From NCBI GenBank assembly GCA_002633005.1, contig NMRA01000105.1, positions 408,662 to 472,661 on the forward strand: DNA of 64,000 bases, written 5' to 3'. The notes below the pieces were generated by a model. It was not told where the DNA came from and searched no databases. It saw nothing but the letters and a program-made list of their open reading frames with translations. This stretch comes from Phoronis australis. Lineage: Eukaryota > Animalia > Phoronida. This document shows positions 30,201 to 48,116 of the stretch, piece by piece (the first letter of the stretch is position 1; every line of letters begins with the position of its first letter). The position numbers and the translations under genes are program-made.

Positions 30201-31866
30201 TGGTGGCTCTTTTTTTAAAGCAGGAAGAAATATACAATGTATATACAAAGTATACTTTGTATATACAATGTTGCTATGCTCACACTTGGTTGATAGCATT
30301 GTAAAAGTCTTGGTCTCCACAGTTTTTTTAATAAAAATGCTCACTACAGAAGGCTGTTTTGTAAACTTAGATGTAAAAACCTTGGTCTATGCATTTTTTG
30401 TAAAAAAAATCGGCGTGTTTGGGGGGATTGCTGGGGGTGGGGGGGTTACGCGTCGGAATCATGGAACCCCATTTTGGGCATCCTATTTTCGAAATCCTGG
30501 ATAAAGGCCTGCTTCACATACAAAAATGGTGGTTTTTAAGACTTTAAGTTACACATTAACACCTTCAACACAAAGAAACTCACCCTGACATAAGGTGACG
30601 TGGTGCGCCCCCTCAGGTCCCGGACACCCAATTCTCGGCATTTAATGACTTTGACAAGCAATACTTCCTTTGAAAACTCATATTTGAATGACAACTGAAT
30701 GTCTCCTTGCACTGTGCTCGTGGACTTCATGACAGTAGGGTCCATTTTCTTGAAAATCTGCTTGAGTAGGACCATGCTCTCCTGTGAAATACAAGCGAGA
30801 AAGCAAATTACACTAAATGCATTACTTAATTAGTAGTTAACTTTTTTATTAGTTAAATTTATTATTTAATCACTGAAATCAGGCAGTATATCAAGTTTTT
30901 CTTTTTCTCAAATATCTTGACATTGCTGAGTGTGAACTTGGAATCCTGCTTAATCTCAAGATCGCGTATGCGTGAACTTTTAATTGAATATTCTTCAACG
31001 CAAACAGGTGAAATTTTTGTTCGGTGAAAAGAATTTTTCTAATTATTGGCCTCGCGATCAACCATTTTCTCCTTTACCGTAACTTGAGTCCCTGAACCGG
31101 AGGAATATGTGAATGGCTAAATCGATTATTATTTGGTGAAACTGATCACCCGTAGTTGAAGAGGTTACTTAAAATTGACATTATTTTATTTAAATGTAAC
31201 TTGATTTAGTGCAATGCAAATTTTTATGAACATAAATGTGATTATTAGAGTAAACTTGTCAAGTTGTCAATATTCCTAGTTCACGCAACACTCACTTCAG
31301 CTTAATCTTGAGATTAAGCAGGATTCCAAGTTCACGTACAGCAGCATAACCTAGTTATATGATAAAAAGGTGAAATGATGTAGTGCTATATTGAAGTGGT
31401 ACATTACTACTACACGATATTTGAGATCAGTCTAAAAATGCATCAATATCATTGTTGAGACACGTGACTTCCAGGTGGGACGTAGAGTTGTATAAAGTGT
31501 ATCTAAATCATTTGCCAAGTGGCAATTTACTCTTAGTTGAATGGTTTTAACGCTGAGCTCTAGTGCGGGAAACCACGGCTAAAGTTTTGGTGTTGACATA
31601 TTTTTTTTTTACATTATTATTACTTGAAAAAGTCTTAAAATCATTGACAATATATTTAAATCATTTAAATTCGCAAAAATATGAGCATTTACCCTGGTTG
31701 TCATCACATCCTTTCCATCGTCATCTGGGTCAGTCTTTTCTCGGGTTTTCTCTGCCGAGTAGTAACGTGTAAGGTCCTGAATTCTTTCATCCTCTCCCAG
31801 GACAACGGGTGATCTGACTTCAATTTCTCTGGTACTTTCTTCTTGATGAGAACTAGCGGAGCCCAT
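21212..31866 (-). CDS. Tandem C2-domain (synaptotagmin-like) protein with no transmembrane helix and an N-terminal MGSASS myristoylation-type motif, 9 exons, ~406 aa
   Basis: Minus-strand GT-AG exons 31866-31693, 30781-30584, 28833-28693, 27870-27751, 27351-27178, 26337-26261, 23695-23563, 23282-23154, 21286-21212 sum to 1221 nt in frame. C2A: GDIQLSFKY...LLVKVIKCREL...SPYVR...NPTYHEIFSF...VWDQDIMGRDDFMGE...WYSL. C2B: GDLEVSLSF...LVVTIHRALGL...PNPFVKV...PEWGQSFEF...LHVLDY...SLGQVIIDL. Confidence 0.88.
23928..25591. mobile_element. Internally deleted Kolobok-type DNA transposon with THAP (+) and KolX-like (-) remnants
   Basis: ttaa|aggagaatgccaccc ... gggtggcatgctcct|ttaa (15-bp TIR, TTAA TSD, AG..CT termini). 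ORF 24093-24329 resembles the THAP domain at 37506. The minus strand near 24360-24492 reads FTG*LFEQEYIDEEILER. Confidence 0.82.
24093..24329 (+). pseudogene. Truncated THAP-domain N-terminus of a Kolobok-type transposase
   Basis: MPLCCGASC...RKWLMVVKNEMYAANSKYEAVKHLRVCG aligns with MPHCCCVPEC...RTWLVHVKNAALPVHATYKAVENYRVCG (37506 ORF); the final His of C2CH is lost. Confidence 0.75.
26868..27124. mobile_element. CAGGGCTTGGAA-type MITE
   Basis: caaggcttggactgaccaatgacaaaaa ... ggaaaattccaagccctg; interior collinear with 14079 and 48931 copies; no clear TSD. Confidence 0.8.
30049..30511. mobile_element. hAT-type MITE, 8-bp TSD CTTCACAT
   Basis: cttcacat|caggcctttatgcag ... ctggataaaggcctg|cttcacat; second copy at 61915. 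Confidence 0.92.
30924..31343. mobile_element. MITE-like element with ~30-bp perfect inverted repeat core
   Basis: gtgaacttggaatcctgcttaatctcaagat vs atcttgagattaagcaggattccaagttcac. Confidence 0.75.
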
Positions 31867-32810
31867 TGTTTTGTTCCTTAATTTCGTGATTATAACGCAG
31901 GCACAACGACGGATGAGAAGACCGGGATATTTACCGTAACATTACATTTTAACAGTGACGAACAAGTTTTGACACCCAAGTTATTTACACTGAACCCGGA
32001 AATAATGCCGACAAGATGGCTCGGGTTATTTTGCGCTGTAACGTTTTCAGTTTTTAGGTGACGTCTATAAAAATATTTGAATGTAATTTATAATAACATT
32101 TATAAAGATACACAATAATAATAAGTGCTTTATTGAATTTTATAGTCACAAAGGGAAAATATATCAGGAGTTTCTTTCTGATGACATGACCAAAGTTATT
32201 TTTATTTTTAGAATTTTGCGTGCATATAAAATAAAAATTGTAAAACAGAGTATTTATGTAAATAAACTAATATTTAACATATTTAAAAGTATAACAACTA
32301 TAAAATGACTTAAAATTTATTAAATTAATTTAAAAATTTTGCTTAAATTTACCTTAATGGTACTTTGATGCTCATTGTTGATTTTACGTTATCAAATTAA
32401 GGACTTAGTAACCTTCTGTTACACCGGTGCGAAAGGAAAGTTGGAAGTAAGTTGGTTTGTGTCTTTAAGTTTGCATTTTAACAGTGGGTGTCTCGCGATA
32501 TATATTTAGTTATCATGCCAGTGCCGTATGAGCTTAAAATTTGCGACACTTTCGTACAAATTTTTCGCTGAGAAGCCCGGGTAACGGAGACACAACTCGT
32601 AGTTGCACTCGGCCAAACTGCTTTGTCATCAAGCGGGCGAGTTAGACGGTGACCACGGTCTTACGTGCCAGTAGTACTGGCACGTAGGACGGTGGAGCTT
32701 CTATAGGCGCATTATACGCCGGAAGCTTTTTAGAGAATTATGCCTTGTACTGACTAAAACATCAAAATCACATTGTTATAATTACCTTTTGCTCACAACG
32801 GGACACTTAG

Positions 32811-33911
32811 GAGGTCGTTGATGTATGTAATTCCTTCCAGCTCGAACAGATACTCCTGTTATCAAACTTTTTTTTCAAGCAGTCCCTCGTTCGGTTCCAA
32901 AAATCGTTTACTCTCCATTTTCAACTCTGCTCATGCCAGGTGGTATGACGTGATATCCTCTGGTGCGCGCAGTATTCAAAATGCTGAGTTACACATAGTG
33001 TACCTAATTATCGGACGGAACCTAAATATCGGACATTTCATAGAATCTTACTTGAAGCATAATCTGAGAATTAAATGACACCAATTTTTGTTCCGTTGTA
33101 ATGCATTCAATGTCCGGCACCGTCTCGTTTTTTACAGCGTTGCCTCGTTTTGATTTCACCGAGAGAGGGTGCAATTTAGACCCCCAAGTCGGCCTAAAAT
33201 GGACGATCGCATAAATCGGTTATAAAAGTTGAAAATAAAATCTTTTTCCACAATGACACCATCTCATTGAACTGACAATATGTCACTGTTCCATTTTTTC
33301 GTTTGTTTTTAAACTCAAGTCAAACCCCGACCGCGCACGTACGGGTGTCATATCAAGAAGCCTAAGTGATACTAAAAACTGCAGTGAGTTTGCACGTGCT
33401 TTAGTCGTCTGCACTAATTCATCGAAACGACTTGGCGCCGTCATCAGATTTCATTTTATGGATAATTTTGTTGCGAATGGACCTGGGTTCTAGCAGCATA
33501 TATGTCAAAACACTCGAGCTGAAATTTGGCGACAAGGTGCCCGCGGTCATTACATGGTTAGTCAGTTTTCCGCGGTGTGGCGTATGGAGAAACATGGTGT
33601 CCGATATTTAGGTTCTCCGAAGGTTTGGTTGTTGTGTTTTTTGAAGATCAGTCGGAACATAAATGTGGCTTTCAGTGACAAGATATAGTAACAGAACAAT
33701 TCCGTGAAGGTAAATCTTTATTTCAGCAAAGAATTTACAACAATCCGTAGTATTTTCAATTAAATATAATGCAAAATGTGCCAAAACGTCCGATAATTAG
33801 GTCACTTGACTGTACTGATTTTGGGAACTGAATGAGGGACTGCTCGAAGAAAAAGTTTGATAACGGGAGTATTTGTTTGAGTTGGACGGAATTAAATACA
33901 TTGACGGCCTC
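32811..33911. mobile_element. MITE with ~95-bp TIRs containing a nested Tc1/mariner-like MITE (32992-33812)
   Basis: Outer: gaggtcgttgatgtatgtaattcc...gttatcaaac...gcagtccctc vs its reverse complement ending cggcctc|ttaa. Inner: acctaattatcggacg vs cgtccgataattaggtcacttgactg|ta. Confidence 0.75.
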
Positions 33912-34359
33912 TTAAAAGGGGACTGTAGTCAAAATAATGTTGCAGTTAATCGGTTCTAACATTCAACACTCACATTTGCCTGACTTGCGTGCCAAACAAA
34001 AGCCAATTCGTATTCATGGTCAAAACACTGAATTCTGAAAGCGGTCGCTGATTGGCTGATGTGTCAGTGACGTGAACGGCGGGGTATCGGCTGCTTTACA
34101 CATTCATTGCTTATGTCATATTTGAGGAGTTTACATCGTAATTTATCATTATATCAATCGTCCTTATTTTTTATTGTTTGCCACAGTGCTGTAAAAGGTT
34201 CGCTATGCCTTTTTGTATGGCACCTGGTTGCTCAAACTCTTCGAAAAAGGCATCTTCTAAAGGAATGGTCATTGCATACCATCGCTGGTTTACCCAAGCC
34301 TTGGCCCAAAGCTCAGTGTAGATATAGGCCTACAGGTTTAAGCCGATATGGGTTAAAAA

Positions 34360-35100
34360 TGTACAAATAAAATCTGACTCAAATAAATGTCATTAAAACT
34401 AAGTCATCCTTGAGTAAACCTAGGAACCAGGTTCCTAGAGTAAACTAACTTCTGTATTTACCGGTGTTGCAAATGTTAGCAATTGTTCATCGGCTGCTGC
34501 TAGTAAAATTGGGATGTGTTCTCTTGAGTCGGCTTTTTGCGATTACGTCACCTGACCTTTACCAGTTTCTTTTCCCCCTGATTCTTTTATCAAGTGTTCG
34601 TCGCTGATGGTACCTAGGTTGCGTACATGTCATAACAAGTTATCGGAACTTGATTCATTTTGTTTCAAGTTTTTAGTATTTTTACACCAGCAAACCGAAT
34701 TTTAGAACAACCTTGATGCCGCGAAGCTGTTATCATGTCCCGAAAGACGTCTCAAATTTTTATGAAGTGGCGCGTGCGCCGTGTCACGAGCTTGCTGTTT
34801 TTGAAACGGACGACACACTTCTTTGTTAAAAAGGCGGCAAATTATGCTACCAAATGACGTTTATTTGATTGTTTTCCACTTAAACGGCTGCAACGAACAA
34901 TGGGAGTGTCGGGTGACTACCAAATTTTGCATGCGCCCCCGTCGGTTCGTTAGCTTTATATGTTGATGTAGCCTAAGTTTTACGACGAGGTGACGAGCAT
35001 AACTGAGTCAACTATACCCGGGTAGTCAACGGCTTTCTGAAATTTCGGGGTTAACGGAGCTCAATACACAGTGGTACGATAGTCTTCATACAGCTACAGT
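34360..35100 (+). repeat. Old dispersed repeat, homologous to ~4660-5290
   Basis: Same collinear blocks as 4660-5290. Confidence 0.7.
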
Positions 35101-36164
35101 CGGTAACTTAACAACCCTTCAAGTTTACAGGGCTGAGTATTGACTGACAACTGGCTGACTGGATGTCCACATTGCCCTCGGCACGGTCACTGACACCAGT
35201 TGCACCGCAAATTTTCGTCTGACGATGACGATGACTGGGTATCACTTTGTTTTGCCTCGGCTCAAACAGGTATCCCTTGTGACCCGACATTTCACACTAA
35301 AATTTCTTGTTCCGACAATACGAAAAACGCTACTTGATTGCACGCTAACACAGGACAGTGACTTGGCCCCCGCCAAATACATCACGAGACTAAGCAGCGC
35401 TCCAAGCCGGTAATTTTTTTAGCTTCGTTAGAGAATATAAGTTTAATTTTTGGTGTTGAATTATTTGTGAAATTAATCAACAATTCATAGAAAACTATCC
35501 AGAATTTATTCAGAATAAAATACAGTTCCCTTTTAACCTGTTCATCTATGCGCGAAAGGTATTTATAACAACGTAGCACTGAAGTTTTAGTCAGTGCGAG
35601 GCATGATTCGCCGAAAAACTTCCGGCATATGAAGCGACTATAGGAGCTCCACTGTCTTACCTGCCAGTAGGTTTTGATCAAATTTGGGTCATACTTGCAT
35701 GTTACCGTTATCTTAGACCCTTTCAAAATTAACTATTTTCAGACAAAAATTTAGCCCTCTATTTTCTTTTTTTGTGCTCTCTTTTCTGCTCTTTAATATA
35801 TCTATCATTACTGTCACTTAAAATAAAGGCGAAGGCAACCTTTTTCCATGTCATTTTGAGCAAAAATAAGGTTGGTTGGTTGGTTATCCTAGACATATTT
35901 TCCACTTAATTACAGCTTTTTGTAATTTTACTAATTACTCGTCCGCTACTGCGGAAGTGACGTTTTAGGAGGCAAGCGTTTCCCGCCACTTGGTTTTGCG
36001 TTGACTTTACCGTGCGAATCTGTTCTATTCTACTTTTGTTTTGTGCTGTTTTTCAACAATTGTCGCCATCACTTTCCATCGGCGAGTATTCTGCGGCAAG
36101 ATAGGTTAGTAGAGAACTCAACTACGTTGGATTTAGGGATTGTTTAGTGTGTTGTAAGCTGAAA

Positions 36165-36437
36165 ATGGCTGGAGTCGGTGACCCGTATCACAGTGACAGT
36201 AGTGTGAGTGACGGAGACCTTGTTCACAGCAGTGGTGACGAGGAATTTTTTCACGGACATTCAGTGGGTGGGTACATGTTTGAGCCCGAGTACAACGAGG
36301 CAGAGTACACACAGGCACAGGCAGCTGTTGAGAGAAACGAGGCGGCTACTGAAGACAGACGTGGTGACACATCTTGGTGCAAATGCACTGTGTGCGTTGT
36401 TATGCCTACCTCAATTGAATGCTTGTGCTGTTCCGAG
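36165..36437 (+). pseudogene. 5' part of KolX-like accessory gene (P2X7 cytoplasmic-ballast-like Cys-rich protein)
   Basis: GGYMFEPEY...SWCKCTVCVVMPTSIECLCCSE; similarity ends at the deletion junction. Confidence 0.78.
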
Positions 36438-37506
36438 TTCCACATCAATTATCTTTTTGGTCTCTTCCTCCATTAGAGTGTATGTGGTATACTTGGCGGA
36501 CCGCCCTGGTGAGTCAGACAAGTTCTCCTTCTCCATGAATTCCGCCACCAACTCGAGATGTTGTGACATGTATGCGTCATTGACAACTGGTATTAAATAG
36601 GAATTCTGAATGTTGTTGAATGTTGTTTTCGAAAAAAAACTTGACTTTTCCAAAGTCCATCATTGTCTTCACCGACTGAAACGTGTTTCCAGTGAAGAGC
36701 ACACCACTGGACATGGTTAAGTGGACCTCCGGCATACCACGGACAGAGGAACAACTGTCCCACTTGCCAGAGTGTCCCGTGACACACTCCCACTGGATGG
36801 TGACCTGAGCACCCAAACTGCTTACATTGTGTCGTGTGACTCCCTCGCCACACACCTGGCACCTTCTAAATAGCTCCAACACTTTAGACAAGTCCACAAT
36901 AAACTTATCAAAGTTTGGCTCACCGATCTGTTCACTGGACGACGAACTGTCCTCTTCACTGGGTGTCGAACTGGGCCTGTAATCACTCCCACTACTCAAT
37001 ATCGCTGCAGGGCTGCTTAGAGGCTCTGGGCTGGAGAAAACAGCACAGGGTGAATCACTACTGGTTCCAGGAATTGCACGCTCTGGGGTACGTTCGGAGG
37101 CACGGGTGACAGTAGATGAAGTGCCTCCACTGGCTCCAGTCACTGTACTGGCCACAGCTCGCGAGGCTTCTCGCTTCAAAAACGCACTTGTCGGGGGTGG
37201 CGACGGGGCACTGCCAGGAATCAACACAGACGGAATGGCATCCTTCTTCAGGCGTTGTTTCGCAGGGACCTTCATCAGTTCAGCGTACAAATCCCTTTCG
37301 TAACAGGAGGGCAGAAAGTGCTTGCCACACACACGGTAATTCTCCACTGCTTTGTACGTTGCGTGGACGGGTAAGGCTGCGTTCTTCACATGAACGAGCC
37401 AAGTACGGCGAAGTGTGTCATCCATCGGAAAGCGATGCAAAGGTACTCCCAAAGCGCACGTGAGCCGATAATTAGTACATTCCGGTACGCAGCAACAGTG
37501 TGGCAT
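36435..37506 (-). pseudogene. 5' part of THAP-domain Kolobok-type DDE transposase (frameshifted and truncated)
   Basis: THAP C2CH (CCCVPEC..RFP..W..RVCGKHF..LKKDAIPSV), Ser-rich linker, CQVC..CVTGH zinc finger, frameshift in the A8 run at ~36632-36639, then DSPGRSAKYTTYTLMEEETKKIIDVEL. Confidence 0.85.
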
Positions 37507-38098
37507 GTTGACTGACTAGTAAATGAAAGCAAACGACGACTTAACTTAACACAACCGAGGTAGAACAATGACTGACTCGGCAGCTCTCACAGTAAGACTA
37601 TATGAAAAGAAATTGGCGCGAAATGCTTGCCTCCTAAAACGTCACTTCCGCAGTAGCAGACGAGTAATTAGTAAAATTACGAAAAGCTGTAATTAAGTGG
37701 AAAATATGTCTAGGATAACCAACCAACCTTATTTTAGCTCAAAATGACACGGAAAAAGGTTGCCTTCGCCTTTAATACGCACATTGTGATGGGCATATCC
37801 TCAACCAGTGCACGGGAGCGTAGGCCACATTTCATTTTCGAATGTCAGCAATTGCTTATGTATTATAATGCTGTCTTCAGGCAACAATGAGCCTGAGGTC
37901 AGCCCTGACGTCAAGTCTATAATTCACGCAGACCCACACTAACTTGACAAAGGTCAAGTTTGTCTATATCGAAACAACTTTGAGCAGTCTTTTGAATCAG
38001 GTCGGAGTATAAGACATGACAAGCTAGATTTTTGGATTCGTCTGTAGTGGACCTTTTGAGTAAGAATGGTTGCTAAGAAGCATTGGCCTCAGTTTTAA

Positions 38099-45466
<7,368 letters not shown>

Positions 45467-45863
45467 GTGGATTGTTAACAGTCTGAACTAGAAACTCATT
45501 ATGGACTTATAAAGTGTCAACTCACCATGATACCATGTGGAAACATTTTGAATTGGGCTATTGATACCACGTAATTGTTCATGAAAATTTTGCAATGTCG
45601 AAGTTACTGATGTTTACGTGGTTAGTCAATTTTCTAATGGTCGTACTCTGGTGTTCATTTAGAAGTCTCACAGCCATCTGTTCTTGGTTATCTATATACT
45701 GTCGATAATTGGTCACACCAAGTTGCTTTTCTCTTTTCCTATTTTCCAGTCGCCACGACCTGTGGTCCTACAAACAGGTTACTACTGATGCGCACCAGCG
45801 TAGACTTGATCGTTTTGTATTTTCACTTGTATGTAACGCAACTTGTTCTGCATTGTTTGTGTA

Positions 45864-45869
45864 AATAAA
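45864..45869 (+). terminator. Candidate PSMA5 polyadenylation signal
   Basis: AATAAA ~400 bp after the stop, followed by GT-rich sequence. Confidence 0.5.
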
Positions 45870-46110
45870 TGTCTTTGAACAACTGATCAATCAGTTTGTA
45901 GTGTAGGTGCAGTGTTCATGAGCACAACTCCAAAATCCACAAGACACTAGCTAGCACTAATTTAATTCGATTGAGCATACAACATAGATTACACCACTGA
46001 ATATACATTTAACATGAAGCAATAGTAATAAATATCAATGATCTTTGAGAACATTTCCCTAAGCAATATGTCTACAGCACGAATACTAGGAGCATGAAAC
46101 CATAACCACT

Positions 46111-46226
46111 TGTCTGGACAACTGACTACATTTGTGTGGACTACAGACTACATGTGTCTGGACTACACACTACATGTGTCTGGACTACACACTACATGTG
46201 TCTGGACTAGAGACTACATTTGTCTG
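46111..46226. repeat. 22-bp minisatellite, ~5 copies
   Basis: Unit tgtctggactacacactacatg with variants; probably within the synaptophysin 3' UTR. Confidence 0.85.
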
Positions 46227-48116
46227 AAAAATTTCTATAATACTGGAGGGACTAATTCAATCAAAGAGAAATCTGGCATGTAGAATGACTGTAAATTTTT
46301 TCACATTTTACCATTGAGCACAGTAAAATGGCACTCTTAAAAAAACTCGCATTTGTTTATGAAAATTAGCCATAGAAGCAACTCCTAATTTCTCTAGAGG
46401 TATTTTGAGTATATCATTTTGTGAGAGATAGGACATGGAGCAATGAGCTTTCAGATGAAACTGCTCAGGTGGGTGAAACTATGAAGAATTACAAACAGTG
46501 ATGCAGGAAGGTCCAAGTAAGGCTATCGCTCTAAAACCAGGCATAAGTGCTAACAACTTCCTCATAGCATAATAAAATTATATAAATTATATTTTGTAGC
46601 TTTCTGAAATGCTTAACTTACAACAAAATAACAGCAGTGTTATTTACATGTTAAAGGTTGAGTTATAGCTTGGGATCCACCAATTCTGAAATGGTGTAGA
46701 TGAAGGTTAAATTACTTTGCAGTCACAGACTCGCACAACAGTTCAATAACATCAGCAGGAAAGACACTGCAGCATGTCACCAATGGCACACACACGTTGA
46801 CCAGATTCTCTACAACACACCGTGTGAAATCGCAGGGGACGGGTGACATAGAATCCATGATGTGCCTCTAGACCATCACTTGGCACACCTTTATCATCAA
46901 ACATTGTTCCTCACACCATATCAATTGAAATAAAAGAATTCAAATTTTATGAGGAGCCAATGACATCTTTGAACTGCATTTCAGACATAAACCGCACTAT
47001 ATTCCAAATCTTAGCAATTCAAAGCTACTACAAAGCTCCCTTATGTTATTTTTTAATTTTGACCAAATAACAATGTTAGACTGATCTGAACTTGCTCTTT
47101 ACTCACATTAGAGGTGGTTTCTTGGTGCAGAAAAAATAATTTGTTACTGCTAGAGACCAATCTTACCATGGTGCATGGCCTCGAGCTTCCCATCTGAGAA
47201 AAGAACTCTATAAGATCAGTTTTTACAGCAGTATATTTGACGGGAAAACACTATATGGCAGCACTAATACATTTAAAATGCAATCCAAAGTGTAACTACA
47301 GTTCGTAAACCATCATCCACTGACATGTTGCAGTCAAAACTTATTTGCCGATAGCTTGAACAGAGCATAAGCTAGCAACACTACGGGTACTGATCCACAT
47401 CAGTCCATGTCTAAACAAATACTCACGACAGGTCCACAGACACTCGACAAATTCTTTTGTACACATGACTACTATCTACAATCCTCAGGCAAATTGGGAG
47501 CAAAGGTCGTATATTAATTAATAGTAATTAAACCACAGGCAACTGACTTTTCCAATGACTCATATAAGAAATTTATTAATGTTGGTGCCTGTGGTGTATA
47601 CGAGAAACAGATAGATTCAAGGACTTGTGTACTAAACCAACGAAACGAATGAGTACACTGAGCAGTGAATAATGTGACTTATACTATGACCTGGAGTACT
47701 GAGGGGTACAAGTTAAATATTTTTTTGGTTTTGTAGAAACATCAACTACAGAACCAAACTAATACAGGAAATATTATTATAGAGTTGCATGCATGGGAAA
47801 TCAAGCACTGACAAAAAAATGCTAGTAATTCAATCAACATTATGTGAACTACTGTTTCCTCTGGGTGTCCGTAGTTTATACACTGTACAACTCCAAAGCC
47901 ACATAATAAAGAAATAAAAAAATTACATCAGACACGAAAGGAAAATTTCAAAGCAGAACGCTTTTAAAGGCAACAGAATCAAAAACAAAATCCTGCTCCA
48001 TTTGAAATAAGAAATCAAATCAAACTTCATAACACATGACCTTGGTGACCTTTCACCCCAACATGACCCCAACAAGTCCAGTTGTAAGTCATGGATAAAT
48101 GACGAGAGTGTCTTAC

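Larger units (their letters stand above)
35827..37771. mobile_element. Internally deleted Kolobok-type DNA transposon, ~160-bp TIRs
   Basis: ataa|aggcgaaggcaacctttttcc...gcggaagtgacgttttaggaggcaagc vs gcttgcctcctaaaacgtcacttccgc...ggaaaaaggttgccttcgcct|ttaa. Two convergent ORFs are fused tail to tail at ~36435. Confidence 0.9.

Noticed and set aside
37573-37582. TGACTCGGCA, an antioxidant/Nrf-type element upstream of PSMA5
   Set aside because: Degenerate consensus; the same 10-mer occurs in an unrelated repeat near 6892, and the PSMA5 TSS is unknown.
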